Source: Candidatus Uhrbacteria bacterium
Lineage (GTDB): Bacteria; Patescibacteriota; Patescibacteriia; UBA9934; GWF2-40-263
DNA: 64,000 bases
Assembly: GCA_016206085.1 (NCBI GenBank)
Contig: JACQSF010000009.1
Coordinates: 9,412 to 73,411 of the forward strand
Reading direction: 5' to 3'
Under the pieces are notes generated by a model that made no database searches, was not told where the DNA came from, and saw nothing but the letters and a program-made list of their open reading frames with translations. Below are positions 28,510 through 38,732 of this stretch, piece after piece. Each line of letters begins with the position of its first letter. The stretch's first letter is position 1. The position numbers and the translations under genes were made by a program.

Positions 28510-29784
28510 ATGAGGATTGCGTTACACATAGGAATAGGGGTATTCATACTTCTTTTATCATTTCCCACTCATGTCGAAGCGGCAAGTGTCTGCACCTGTA
28601 CGTACACAAGAACATCTATCTCCTCAGGAACCACCTCAAGTGAAAACACCTACGACGTTTCAACCTACGAAGGGGCAACCATCACCAGTGACACGAGCTG
28701 TCAACTGGGATGTAGCGCATGGGCTGATGGAAAAACCACAGACTCAGGAGGAACGCTCCTGTACACCATTACGAACACATCCTACGCCGCTACTACCACA
28801 ACCACACCTGCACCCACGACGACATCCACTCCGACAGTAACCAGCCGACCCTTGCTCACACCAACTCTCTCAGTTGATATTCCCACGGTGACGTTTACTG
28901 ATGCCTTTATCAAAAATGATGTTCTCAATATAAACTACTTGGGCGATTACATCGCTGGCGTCTATAAGTACCTCTTAGGCATTGCGACTACGATTGCGAT
29001 TGTCATGATCATGGTGAGCGGATTGCAGTGGACGTTGGGGGGAACCACTCCGGAAGCCATCGGCAAAGCACAAACACGAATCAAGAATGCGGTAACGGGA
29101 CTTGTTCTTTTACTTTGCACATACCTTATTCTTTCCATCGTCAATCCTAATCTTATCAATCTTCAATTCCCGACACTTGAAATCATTCAATACGAAGCCC
29201 TGGTGGCAGACTCTGGAGATGCGACAGGAACGACATCCACAGAAAACCTTGCTGCTGCCGGTATTGATTGTCCTGGATCGGGTGATGTGGCCACCATTGC
29301 AAAATCATTTCTTGGGAAAACAACCTATCGAACCGGAGGAAAGGGTGGTGGAGCCCCATATAGTGCCGAGAAAAAAATCGATTCTTCTGGGAGACCTTAT
29401 TCGGAATATTGTCCGGAAGGGACGGTGTGCTTAGATTGTTCCGGGTTTGTTGGAATCGTTGCTCAGTGTGCAGGACTCGCATCCAAAAATGAAAGTAGTG
29501 GAACCGCTGGAATTTTTGCTTCCGCTCCCCGTATCACCTCGTGTGGAACAGATATAGTCACACTTGAAAGTGGTAACACATTCACTCTTACGGCTGGCGA
29601 CCTTGTTGGATTTAAGGCAGGTGAGTATTCAAAAAATCCTAAAAATGGACATGTCTGGATGTATATTGGTAATGGAACTCTCATCAATAGTGTTGGTTCA
29701 GGACGTATCTCGGGAACAGCCGTTATCACGCAGTCCCTCGAATCCGCCTGCCAAACATTCCCTTTACGGTTTATTGCTCGTTAA
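28510..29784 (+). CDS. Secreted/membrane NlpC/P60-family cell-wall peptidase with Thr-rich linker and two hydrophobic helices
   Basis: Signal peptide. Thr/Ser/Pro-rich stalk, two TM helices. C-terminal catalytic Cys in LDCSGFV and His in GHVWMYIGNG, typical of NlpC/P60. Confidence 0.6.
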   Translation: MRIALHIGIGVFILLLSFPTHVEAASVCTCTYTRTSISSGTTSSENTYDVSTYEGATITSDTSCQLGCSAWADGKTTDSGGTLLYTITNTSYAATTTTTPAPTTTSTPTVTSRPLLTPTLSVDIPTVTFTDAFIKNDVLNINYLGDYIAGVYKYLLGIATTIAIVMIMVSGLQWTLGGTTPEAIGKAQTRIKNAVTGLVLLLCTYLILSIVNPNLINLQFPTLEIIQYEALVADSGDATGTTSTENLAAAGIDCPGSGDVATIAKSFLGKTTYRTGGKGGGAPYSAEKKIDSSGRPYSEYCPEGTVCLDCSGFVGIVAQCAGLASKNESSGTAGIFASAPRITSCGTDIVTLESGNTFTLTAGDLVGFKAGEYSKNPKNGHVWMYIGNGTLINSVGSGRISGTAVITQSLESACQTFPLRFIAR

Positions 29785-29817
29785 TCATTTTTCAACCTAA
29801 CCTTCAACCACTTCTAC

Positions 29818-31137
29818 TTGATAATTATGTTCATTTGTACGCATTGTGATGCCCAGTCGTCGAAGTGGTCAGGCAAATGCCTCACCTGCGACAAGTGGGG
29901 GACGATCGTAGAGGAACAAGCCGAACGCAGGCTAAAGCCTGCGGCTACCGGTGCCAAAGCCAAGGCCGCGCAAAGTACGCCCCTGCGAGATGTCATGAAA
30001 CAAAACGAAACCGACAGACTCAGCACGCTGGACGCGGAAGTGGATCGAGTACTTGGCGGCGGGATCGTGAAAGGATCGCTTGTGTTGTTATCTGGTGAGC
30101 CTGGGATTGGAAAATCGACGCTGGTCGCGGCGATCGCAGGTTCAATCAAAGGAAACGTCTTGTACATCTCCGGCGAGGAGTCCCCCACCCAACTGGCAGC
30201 GCGGTTTGAACGACTCAAGAAGAATACAGACTCAGTGCGTTTCCTTGAGCCTTATCCTGTTGAGACATTAGTCGCAACGATGGAAAAAGAGGCGCCCGTC
30301 TTAGCCGTGATCGACTCTGTCCAAACGCTTACCTCTTCAGAACTGGACTCCACCGCCGGGACACCGACGCTTGTCCGCTACGCCACCTCACTCTTGCTTG
30401 ACCTTGCCAAGCGTACAAACGTCTCAATCCTGCTGGTCGGCCAGGTTACGAAGGACGGTTCAATCGCGGGTCCCAAGACACTTGAACATCTTGTCGATGT
30501 CGTTGTGAACCTCGAAGGTGATCCAGTCCACAGCTACCGCATGCTACGCGCGGCTAAAAACCGATTTGGGGCCACGGATGAGATAGGCGTATTTGAAATG
30601 ACCGAGGGTGGACTTGTGGCCGTTGCGAACCCATCCGAAAGATTCCTTGCAGAACGTTCAGCGACTCCTGGATCGGTTATTGCTGCGACGATTGAGGGGT
30701 CTCGCGTATTTCTTGTAGAGGTACAGGCACTCGTTGAAACGGCATTCTATGGAACACCTGTTCGTCGAGCCTCTGGTTTTGATCCAAACCGATTGCAGAT
30801 GCTCGTGGCGATTCTGTCTAAACGAGCGGGATTGAAGCTCGGCGACAAAGATGTATTTGTAAACGTGGTCGGTGGCATGAGTCTCGCTGAACCCGCGGCT
30901 GATCTCGCCATCTGTGCCGCCATCACCGGCGCATTCAAAAACCGCGCAGACGAATCCGCAACGGTGTATATGGGAGAAGTGGGTCTGGGTGGCGAAGTGC
31001 GCTCTGTTCCTCTGGTCGACCGACGACTCATGGAAACATCTCGACTTGGTCTCTCAAACGCCGTCATTCCGTCAAAGTCAAAAGCGAAAAAAGTAGAGCT
31101 CGTCGTGAAACAGGTAGGAAATATTAGCGAACTTTAG
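29818..31137 (+). CDS. radA: DNA repair protein RadA/Sms
   Basis: C4 zinc finger (CTHCDA...CLTCDKW), RecA-like Walker A (SGEPGIGKST), Lon-like C-terminal domain. Confidence 0.9.
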   Translation: MIIMFICTHCDAQSSKWSGKCLTCDKWGTIVEEQAERRLKPAATGAKAKAAQSTPLRDVMKQNETDRLSTLDAEVDRVLGGGIVKGSLVLLSGEPGIGKSTLVAAIAGSIKGNVLYISGEESPTQLAARFERLKKNTDSVRFLEPYPVETLVATMEKEAPVLAVIDSVQTLTSSELDSTAGTPTLVRYATSLLLDLAKRTNVSILLVGQVTKDGSIAGPKTLEHLVDVVVNLEGDPVHSYRMLRAAKNRFGATDEIGVFEMTEGGLVAVANPSERFLAERSATPGSVIAATIEGSRVFLVEVQALVETAFYGTPVRRASGFDPNRLQMLVAILSKRAGLKLGDKDVFVNVVGGMSLAEPAADLAICAAITGAFKNRADESATVYMGEVGLGGEVRSVPLVDRRLMETSRLGLSNAVIPSKSKAKKVELVVKQVGNISEL

Positions 31138-31162
31138 CAAATGGATGCCCACTCAGTGGGTA

Positions 31163-33241
31163 TCACTCCAAATGCACCATTTCAAACTGATGCTCGATTC
31201 GTGCTTTGATCAACGGATGAAAATCGAGGTCAGGATCCTGGACAAGAAGCTCCGTGGCGTAGTCACGGGCTTTTTTCATAATGTCTGTATCGGCCGGCGT
31301 AGCAAGTTGGAAATCGGCAAACCCAGATTGGGCATTTCCGAACACATTTCCAGCTCCGCGAAGCCCAAGGTCGATCTGAGCCAGTCTGAACCCATCGATT
31401 GTTTCCTCCATCGCCCGCAATCGTGCTTCGCTTGTACTCGAAAGTTGCTCAGGGAGAAGATAGCAGTACGATTGGATGTCGCTGCGTCCGACTCGACCGC
31501 GCAATTGATGAAGCTGTGCGAGCCCAAACCGCTCGGCGCCGACGATCACCATGACGCTTGCGTTTGGGATATCAACCCCAACCTCCACGACAGTGGTTGA
31601 GACAAGGACATCGATCTTCCCTGTGCGAAACTTCTCGATTACTTTTTCCTTCTCATCTGTTTTGAGTCGTCCATGAAGCATCTCGATCTTTGCGTCCTTG
31701 AGTGTTCCTTTTTTGAGTTCGCGTGCGACTTCCGCCACGGACTTCACCCCAAGCTTGTCGCTTGGATCAATGAGCGGACACACCACAAAGACCTGTCTTC
31801 CTTGTTCGATCTGCTCGCGGACATGCTTCCACATTCCCGCCTGTTGTGATTCTGGTACAACCGCAGTCGCCAGCGGTTTTCGGCCAGGCGGCATCTCATT
31901 CAAAATCGAAAGCTCGAGGTCGCCAAAGATCGTCAACGCGAGTGTGCGAGGAATCGGTGTCGCACTCATCGAGAGTAGATGTGGGGCAGGCCCCTCATCG
32001 GTGTGCAACAGGGCATGGCGCTGTTCCACGCCAAATCGGTGCTGTTCGTCCACGATCACAAGCCGAAAATCGCTCAATTTTAGACGATCCTGAAGAAGCG
32101 CATGGGTTCCAACAATACATCCGATCCCCCTTCTTTTTAAGGAGGGGCTAGGGGTGGTTAAGAGTTGTAGCGACTCGAGGAGTTCGTCGCGAGTGATGTC
32201 CTTGTCGCCTATCTTGCACATGGTCCGTGTGAGCAGCCCAACAGGTTCATCCAGAAACCGTGATAACGCCGCGTGCTGCTGAGCCGCCAGAATCTCGGTC
32301 GGTGCCAAGTACACAACCCGTGAACCCGCGTGGAGCACACTCGCCGCTGCCGCTGCCGCGACGACCGTCTTTCCGCTTCCCACATCTCCTTCCAACAGTC
32401 GATTCATCGGGTGTGGCTTTTCCAGATCCTGAACAACCTCCCAGATCGCCTTGCGTTGTGCGACTGTAAGCTCAAAAGGCAGACTCGCAACAAACGATTT
32501 GAGGAACGCCTCGTCCAGGTGAATCACGGTTGCGGCCTTTCTTTCTCTGTCTACGCGGACGCGGGCGAACATGAGCTGGTGTAAAAAGAGCTCATCAAAC
32601 TTCAAACGCTGTACCGCCTCATCTAATTCTCGTTGCGACTCAGGAAAATGAACCCCTTGAAGTGCCTGCGCAAGACTTGGATACGATTCGTGTTCAACGA
32701 TGTGGTTCGGAAGCCAATCTGGAAACTCAGCCGCTGCCGGAAGTGCGGCACGCATGGCATCACGCAGCCGACGCATGGTAAGTGAGCCTGTGAGTCCGTA
32801 GACTGGTACGATCCTACCCGTGTGGGTCTGTTCCCCGGCCCGTTCAATGATTGGATTAGTGAGGCATCGTCCGAAGCGACCATCAATACGACCTGCGAGC
32901 GAGACCCTCGATCCAACCAGAAGGGTTTTCTCGAGATACGACTGATTAAACCAAACCACTTTCAACTCTCCTGTTTCGTCGCCTACGACTGCCTCAACAA
33001 TCTTCAAATGTCGGTTCCTTGCCGGTCGTGACTGGATCGACTGAATCGTCCCAGTCACGGTCACCGTGTCCCCGCTTCTGGCCTTCCCTGCCCCAACGAC
33101 ACGAGAAAAGTCGTCATAACGAAATGGCACATACCACAAAAGGTCTCGCACAGACGTAATGTCTAGGCTACGTAAATCCGCCACTGCTTTGGCTCCAAGA
33201 CCAGGTAAGTCAGAAACCGGCGAGCTTAAATGAATGGCCAT
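31163..33241 (-). CDS. recG: ATP-dependent DNA helicase RecG
   Basis: Wedge domain plus SF2 helicase motifs (GSGKT, DEQHRFG). Start at MAIHLSS (33241). Confidence 0.9.
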   Translation of the reverse strand: MAIHLSSPVSDLPGLGAKAVADLRSLDITSVRDLLWYVPFRYDDFSRVVGAGKARSGDTVTVTGTIQSIQSRPARNRHLKIVEAVVGDETGELKVVWFNQSYLEKTLLVGSRVSLAGRIDGRFGRCLTNPIIERAGEQTHTGRIVPVYGLTGSLTMRRLRDAMRAALPAAAEFPDWLPNHIVEHESYPSLAQALQGVHFPESQRELDEAVQRLKFDELFLHQLMFARVRVDRERKAATVIHLDEAFLKSFVASLPFELTVAQRKAIWEVVQDLEKPHPMNRLLEGDVGSGKTVVAAAAAASVLHAGSRVVYLAPTEILAAQQHAALSRFLDEPVGLLTRTMCKIGDKDITRDELLESLQLLTTPSPSLKRRGIGCIVGTHALLQDRLKLSDFRLVIVDEQHRFGVEQRHALLHTDEGPAPHLLSMSATPIPRTLALTIFGDLELSILNEMPPGRKPLATAVVPESQQAGMWKHVREQIEQGRQVFVVCPLIDPSDKLGVKSVAEVARELKKGTLKDAKIEMLHGRLKTDEKEKVIEKFRTGKIDVLVSTTVVEVGVDIPNASVMVIVGAERFGLAQLHQLRGRVGRSDIQSYCYLLPEQLSSTSEARLRAMEETIDGFRLAQIDLGLRGAGNVFGNAQSGFADFQLATPADTDIMKKARDYATELLVQDPDLDFHPLIKARIEHQFEMVHLE

Positions 33242-33295
33242 ATTGAGAAAATAGTAGCACAAACAAAATGACCCCACTTGAGTGGAGTCCTTTTG

Positions 33296-33372
33296 TGGTG
33301 CACCCGGCAGGACTTGAACCTACGACCCTCAGCTCCGCAAGCTGATGCTCTATCCAACTGAGCTACGGGTGC
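33296..33372 (-). tRNA. tRNA-Arg (anticodon read as GCG), CCA encoded
   Basis: Cloverleaf folded by hand: acceptor GCACCCG/CGGGTGC, D-stem GCTC/GAGC, anticodon stem TCAGC/GCTGA with loop TTGCGGA, T-stem GTAGG/CCTGC, 3' CCA. Confidence 0.8.
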
Positions 33373-33378
33373 AAAAGC

Positions 33379-33876
33379 TCAGAGTTTATACAGTCTTCGG
33401 AGCACATCCGTCAAGTTCTCTTCCACCCGCTGTAAGTTCTCCAAACAGTAAGGAAGAAGCAGCTCACGCACCTCATTTGGATCGATATCCTCAAGTGGGA
33501 CGGTCAGAAGTGGTTGCCAAGGAGAGTGGAACTCAAAGTAGAGATTCTTTACCTGTGGTGGGTCGTAGGCAATCGAAAAATCTTTAATGGCTTGGAAATC
33601 ATAGTACATGTCCGAGACAACCACGCCCGTATTGGTGATCACAACCGGGACACGGTCAGGGGGCACAAAACTCGACAACAGCGTGATCACGCCGATCATA
33701 AGGATGATGACGGCAAACAAAAAATTCGCTGTCGCGATGGCATAGATGATGAGCGCCACACCAAGAACGGCTGCGATTATGTACCAAAGCCGTGAGCGCT
33801 GGTGCATCGGATACTCATTCACCTCCCACTCAAGCTGCGGGGCACCGATATTGATTTGTCCTTCCTCTTGCTCCAT
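33379..33876 (-). CDS. Hypothetical membrane protein
   Basis: 165 aa with two TM helices. Confidence 0.4.
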   Translation of the reverse strand: MEQEEGQINIGAPQLEWEVNEYPMHQRSRLWYIIAAVLGVALIIYAIATANFLFAVIILMIGVITLLSSFVPPDRVPVVITNTGVVVSDMYYDFQAIKDFSIAYDPPQVKNLYFEFHSPWQPLLTVPLEDIDPNEVRELLLPYCLENLQRVEENLTDVLRRLYKL

Positions 33877-34016
33877 AGCCCTTCTATTTTATCACGATCC
33901 AGAACTTAATTCACGAATTTTGTCCTCAAGCTCGGGGAAAAACCCATCGTTTCATACGGTCTATTATCCTTGATCTTTTGAATATCTTCCAGTATTCTAT
34001 CCCCGTAATTGAATAC

Positions 34017-34105
34017 GGAGAGGTACCCAAGTGGTTGAAGGGGACGGTTTGCTAAATCGTTAGGGGCGAAAGCCCGCGAGGGTTCGAATCCCTCCCTCTC
34101 CGCCA
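34017..34105 (+). tRNA. tRNA-Ser (anticodon GCU), long variable arm, CCA encoded
   Basis: GGAGAGGTACCCAAGTGG..., anticodon loop TTGCTAA, long variable arm, 3' CCA. Confidence 0.85.
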
Positions 34106-34131
34106 GTAGACATTTACATACATTTTATATT

Positions 34132-34220
34132 GGAGAGGTGGCCGAGTGGTTGAAGGCAACAGTCTTGAAAACTGTCGAGGTGAATAGCCTCCGTGAGTTC
34201 GAATCTCACCCTCTCCGCCA
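34132..34220 (+). tRNA. tRNA-Ser (anticodon UGA), long variable arm, CCA encoded
   Basis: GGAGAGGTGGCCGAGTGG..., anticodon loop CTTGAAA, long variable arm, 3' CCA. Confidence 0.85.
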
Positions 34221-34252
34221 CAAAAACACCGCCTCGTGCGATGTTTTTGTTT

Positions 34253-34951
34253 TTACGAACTCCCCTTAGCCAAGGTAAACCCCCACACAGTCTTGGCGCC
34301 GTTCTCTTTCAGCAATCGCGCGACTGCGTCCATCGTGGTGCCGCTGGTGAAAACGTCATCACATAAGAGAACATGCCCTGGCACACTCATTCCTGGCGCA
34401 ATCTCAAAGACATGATCCATCTCCCCCACCCGACGCTGACCATGGAACGTCCGTGACTGTTGGGCGGTTTTTTTCGCTCGACGCACAAGCATCTCCACTG
34501 GAAGTCCAAACAGCTCCCCGACCCACGTCGCGACGAGTTGAGCCTGATCGAACCCACGAGATCGAAGACGCGACTCATGCAAGGGCACATGTGTCACCCA
34601 ATACGGGGCGAGCGGTGGCTGCATCCTGGGTGCGGCGCGGCGCAAACTTTTCACAAACACGTCTTCGACGGATCTATCGCCATGGAACTTCCAACTTGCG
34701 ATGAGCTCACGCATGAGTGCGTTTCCATATGGAACAAAATACGTCAGCCCGTCGAGGTACCGATCCTCGCAGCACTCTGTGCAGGTTCGCGGTGATCCAC
34801 CCCGTCCACAAAATGCACAAGACACCTGTGGGGGCACAGGTGTCCAGAAGTCTAGACACGGTCGGCACAGAAGCGCTCCCTCGCGCTTGCATGAAACGCA
34901 AAATCGCGGGAACAGCGCCTCTATTGCCAGATCGCAGAGTCGACTTTCCAT
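34253..34951 (-). CDS. comFC: Competence protein ComFC (phosphoribosyltransferase-domain protein)
   Basis: N-terminal Cys4 zinc-finger region. C-terminal PRTase motif VLLCDDVFTSGTT. Confidence 0.8.
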   Translation of the reverse strand: MESRLCDLAIEALFPRFCVSCKREGALLCRPCLDFWTPVPPQVSCAFCGRGGSPRTCTECCEDRYLDGLTYFVPYGNALMRELIASWKFHGDRSVEDVFVKSLRRAAPRMQPPLAPYWVTHVPLHESRLRSRGFDQAQLVATWVGELFGLPVEMLVRRAKKTAQQSRTFHGQRRVGEMDHVFEIAPGMSVPGHVLLCDDVFTSGTTMDAVARLLKENGAKTVWGFTLAKGSS

Positions 34952-35502
34952 GTGTCTACCTCCTTCACAAAAGTTAAGATGATGTCCTGGTACTTTACCG
35001 TCACGTTTTGGGTCGATCCAATCGCTTCTTCACGCTGAGTCGTAACCGTCACCAAAGCCGTGCCTGCCGTCTCATCTTCTTGTTGAACCTTCACGGTCAC
35101 AATGCTTGTGGTCACGCCATAGTATTCCTCGGGTGCCTTCTGGGTATCAACAATGTTTTGAAGCTGTGCGGCAAATGAGGCACTCGTCAGTGGAATCACG
35201 TCTGCAAGGTTGGCAAAATGTGCCTCATTTGAATAACTCCCATACCGTGTCACAAATGACTTAGAAAGGGAAACAACTTCCGCGGACGTCGTGCGCGTTT
35301 CCCGTTCTTCCTCCAACTCCTGCTCGGAAATTGTGGGTCGCGTCGGGAGAACCTCTTGTCCCTGCGGCGCCTGCACCACCTCTTCCACTTGCGGCTCCTC
35401 TTCGCCCCCAGAAAAAAGGATCCACAAAAACCAGATCAACAACAAGAAAAGAGCCAAGAGAATAAGGGCAATAATCGTCAATCGTTTTCTTCGAGTCATC
35501 AT
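34921..35502 (-). CDS. Hypothetical membrane-anchored protein
   Basis: N-terminal TM helix, acidic linker. ATGA-coupled to upstream virB4. Confidence 0.4.
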   Translation of the reverse strand: MMTRRKRLTIIALILLALFLLLIWFLWILFSGGEEEPQVEEVVQAPQGQEVLPTRPTISEQELEEERETRTTSAEVVSLSKSFVTRYGSYSNEAHFANLADVIPLTSASFAAQLQNIVDTQKAPEEYYGVTTSIVTVKVQQEDETAGTALVTVTTQREEAIGSTQNVTVKYQDIILTFVKEVDTWKVDSAIWQ

Positions 35503-37505
35503 ACAAAAAGCGAGTCACGAATCTTCTCTGCCTGCGCTTTCCCCTGCGTCTGGTTTGCAAGGACACTTGCCGTCGCGTTTGCCTGCTGAGCTTCTTCTTG
35601 AACCTGCTGCGCCGCAACCGACGCTTCCTTCTTCACCCGTTCCTGTTCAAGAAGCTGTTGGGGATTCGTTGTCACGATTTGATCTTCCGTATAAGACGCA
35701 ACGACTTTAATAGCCGCATGCTTGTTTCCAGCAAAGAAAATTCCTTCGCCCACGCCCGACTCAAGTAATAAGTATTTTTCTCCGTCGGTAAGGTGAAATG
35801 TATTTTGCACAACGTCCACGGCCGAGGGAGCTTGCTTCAAAAGAATCTGCATGGCCGAGTTGGTCACAATCGCCTGACCATATTGACTCCGCAGAAAGTC
35901 GTTCACGTCCTGGGTGATGGTGGTAACCCCCAAATAATATTTTCGCGCACGTTTTACCAGAGCAAAAATAAACTTCGCGGAGTCCTCATTTTGCATGAGC
36001 CACCATGCCTCATCCACAACCAGGATGCGCTTCTTGCGCTCACTGCGTGTCACGTTCCAAATGTAGTTGATGATCGTATAGATGGCCGTAGGACGTAACT
36101 CATCTTCCAAATCTCGCACCGAAAATACCACAAGTTGATTCTTCATCTCAACGTTGGTCGGTGAATCGAGAAGTCCAGAAAATGTGCCATTGGTATACTT
36201 CTGAAGTCGCGCCACAAGATCCGCGGAGCCATCCATCCCTTCCAAAACGTCTTGAAAATCTGTCAGAGTCGGCGGTTCCACATCCGCAAGACTCAATAGG
36301 TCTGGGGTGATGTCTTTCTTCGCGTACGTTTCAATGAGAGCTCGATCCAAAAGTGAATCCTCCTCAGGAGTAAACCCAAGCTTCCCCCCCTCACCAATGG
36401 GCTGGCCGATCATGATACGCAATAACCCTTTGAGCGTAATAACGGCGGACCGAATAATATCATCCACCTTCGTGCCCTCGCCAATCCCGCGAGGCAAATC
36501 AAACGGGTTGACCTTCGCTTCTGACGCAAGTGAAACATTGATGAATGTTCCACCGACGGCATCGGACAAATCCTTGTACTCGTACTCCGGATCAATGACA
36601 ATCACGTCCGTTCCCATCATGAGGGAGCGCAAGATCTCAAGCTTAATGGCGTAGGACTTTCCCGCTCCGGAAGTCGCAAACACCACGGAGTTCGCGTTTT
36701 GCAAACTGAATCGATCAAACAAAATGAGCGAATTATTGTGGCGGTTGATGCCGTAGAGAATGCCGTTGTCAGACGTCAGATCAGAACTAATAAACGGGAA
36801 CGATGCCGCAATCGGACTTGTGTTCATGTTATACGAAATCTGAAGTTCGTCGTTTCCTAATGGGGTGGTCGAATTGAAACCCTGTTCGGCCTGATAAAAG
36901 CCACTCTTGGTATAGATGAGCTTGCTGCCAAACAATGACTCGACTTCTTCTGTGTACTTCTCAAGTTCCTGTTCGTTCTTAGCGTAGATCGTAACGTAGA
37001 ACGAAAATTGAAAAAAATGTTCAATCCCTTGCGTAAGCGCATCTCGAAGAGATTCGGTGTCCCGCAGAGCCGTTTCAGCAATCGGATCGCGCGGGGCTCC
37101 CTTCTCCGCGTCCCCCAAAATCTTCGCTTCAAAAATTCCGACTTTCTTTTGGAGCTGCTTTAAAATAATTCTGGCCTTGAGCGGATAGAAAAACATCCCC
37201 ACATCAAATGTCTTGTTGAGATTAATGAGGGCAGAGGACCAGCCAAGACCAATATGACGGGGGTACGTGATGATAAACAGTGTCCGAACATAGAGCCCGG
37301 AAAGCAACAAAAACGTCGGCTTCACCTCAAATGAGGCAGGAGCAATAATATCCTTTACCGTGACAACTCCACGCCGATAAATGCGTTCCTCCTCCAAGAC
37401 CTCCCGCTCCTGGCGCGTCTTTACCACTTCCTCGTTGATCTTCTGTGGCTTTTCAGGCGCCGGCATGGGCATGGCCTGTTTTATTTTTCTTATCTCAATG
37501 GCCAT
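35499..37505 (-). CDS. virB4: VirB4/TraC-type type-IV secretion/conjugation ATPase
   Basis: Walker A FATSGAGKS, Walker B ILVVDEAWW, length 668 aa. Confidence 0.8.
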   Translation of the reverse strand: MAIEIRKIKQAMPMPAPEKPQKINEEVVKTRQEREVLEEERIYRRGVVTVKDIIAPASFEVKPTFLLLSGLYVRTLFIITYPRHIGLGWSSALINLNKTFDVGMFFYPLKARIILKQLQKKVGIFEAKILGDAEKGAPRDPIAETALRDTESLRDALTQGIEHFFQFSFYVTIYAKNEQELEKYTEEVESLFGSKLIYTKSGFYQAEQGFNSTTPLGNDELQISYNMNTSPIAASFPFISSDLTSDNGILYGINRHNNSLILFDRFSLQNANSVVFATSGAGKSYAIKLEILRSLMMGTDVIVIDPEYEYKDLSDAVGGTFINVSLASEAKVNPFDLPRGIGEGTKVDDIIRSAVITLKGLLRIMIGQPIGEGGKLGFTPEEDSLLDRALIETYAKKDITPDLLSLADVEPPTLTDFQDVLEGMDGSADLVARLQKYTNGTFSGLLDSPTNVEMKNQLVVFSVRDLEDELRPTAIYTIINYIWNVTRSERKKRILVVDEAWWLMQNEDSAKFIFALVKRARKYYLGVTTITQDVNDFLRSQYGQAIVTNSAMQILLKQAPSAVDVVQNTFHLTDGEKYLLLESGVGEGIFFAGNKHAAIKVVASYTEDQIVTTNPQQLLEQERVKKEASVAAQQVQEEAQQANATASVLANQTQGKAQAEKIRDSLFV

Positions 37506-37507
37506 AC

Positions 37508-38206
37508 CTATTTTTCAGAAACGAATGATGATTCTTCAAACTGTACCTGACGTATATCCACAAGCTTCTGTGTATCAAACACATTGGGATTATAGACCGT
37601 ATAATAGAGTTCAATGAGTCCTTGGGTATCCAAACGTGCGGAAGAAAGACCCATACTATTGAGTTGCCCTTGAGTGATTTCAAGTCGACGAGAGAGCTGT
37701 TCCATGCGATCCGCCAGCTGTTTCTTGTTCAGTTTAGCAGCCGCCGCTGGAGAAAGGGCTTCGGTGAATCTTGTCCAAAAATTTTTCTTCTTGTTTGTGA
37801 GCGGGTCGTATGGCACAACAAGATAAAACATTTTCTGCATGATCTGACCTAGCTCGACTAACTCCGTTACGAACGCCCGATAATCGAAAATCTGATTACG
37901 CAGAAGGTCATTTTCCACGACTCGTTCGCGTTCACGCAATCGATTCATATACGCATCAATATTCATGCGGCGTGACTGAATCACAATCTGGATGGGATAC
38001 GCCAGGGAATTCAGAAACGTCATGTAGGCCTGAATGATGGCTTCCTGTTCGTCCGCGGATTTAAGCGCGAAGTTAATGCTTGAAACCAAAAGCACGGCGC
38101 GCACCGTCCCGTCATTGAGAAGTACCATGTCATCACGAATCTCGGCGATGTCCAAAAATCGTTCCGTTGATGATCCTGGTTTTGGCTTGGCAAGTTTATG
38201 GGCCAT
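37508..38206 (-). CDS. Hypothetical protein in the T4SS-like operon
   Basis: ORF directly upstream of virB4. Start uncertain (MAHKL...). Confidence 0.4.
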   Translation of the reverse strand: MAHKLAKPKPGSSTERFLDIAEIRDDMVLLNDGTVRAVLLVSSINFALKSADEQEAIIQAYMTFLNSLAYPIQIVIQSRRMNIDAYMNRLRERERVVENDLLRNQIFDYRAFVTELVELGQIMQKMFYLVVPYDPLTNKKKNFWTRFTEALSPAAAAKLNKKQLADRMEQLSRRLEITQGQLNSMGLSSARLDTQGLIELYYTVYNPNVFDTQKLVDIRQVQFEESSFVSEK

Positions 38207-38639
38207 ACGATTCCTCGGGCTTGTACACACCGCCGGTATTCACGACGAGCGTCAATTCTTGCAAACGAGACGTGCCAGCAAAGGTTTTTCGGATATAGGG
38301 CGTGGAGGGTGATGGCAAAGAAGTTTTCATGAGCTCTTTGAGTTCCCTATCCGTATATTCTCGACTCCAGACCCGCAGTCGTGGCTTCTTCAATGTCTGG
38401 ATGAGATTCAAGAAAAAATAATGAAACGGAGCGCCGTTGATCCTCAGAAAGGCGACCGTTCCGCCCACCGCGAACAACGGAATCCCCAAAAGAAGAAACT
38501 GAACAAATGGGAGGAGTCGAAACAAGATGAACTCGACCAAAAAAACCACCATAAGAATAATAAACTGCCTCGCTGTGATGGGGCCGAAAATTTTGTCCTC
38601 TGCGTCGATGAATTGTGGCACTACGAATTGGTCGGGCAT
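38196..38639 (-). CDS. Small two-TM membrane protein (possibly VirB3/PrgI-like)
   Basis: Real start taken at MPDQFVVPQF... The first 27 residues of the listed ORF read through the palindromic repeat. Two hydrophobic helices. Confidence 0.4.
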   Translation of the reverse strand: MPDQFVVPQFIDAEDKIFGPITARQFIILMVVFLVEFILFRLLPFVQFLLLGIPLFAVGGTVAFLRINGAPFHYFFLNLIQTLKKPRLRVWSREYTDRELKELMKTSLPSPSTPYIRKTFAGTSRLQELTLVVNTGGVYKPEESYGP

Positions 38640-38720
38640 AAGCTCAGAGATGAGACTATACGGAAGAAAATTTCTTGGCCCGACTTTGCCAGCAAGAAAT
38701 TTTCTTCCGTATAGTCTCAT
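38640..38720. repeat. Intercistronic palindromic element, copy 2 (21-bp perfect arms flanking GGCCCGACTTTGCCAGC)
   Basis: ctatacggaagaaaatttctt-ggcccgactttgccagc-aagaaattttcttccgtatag. Same core as 8518-8590 with compensatory arm changes. Confidence 0.6.
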
Positions 38721-38732
38721 CTCTGTAGTGTA

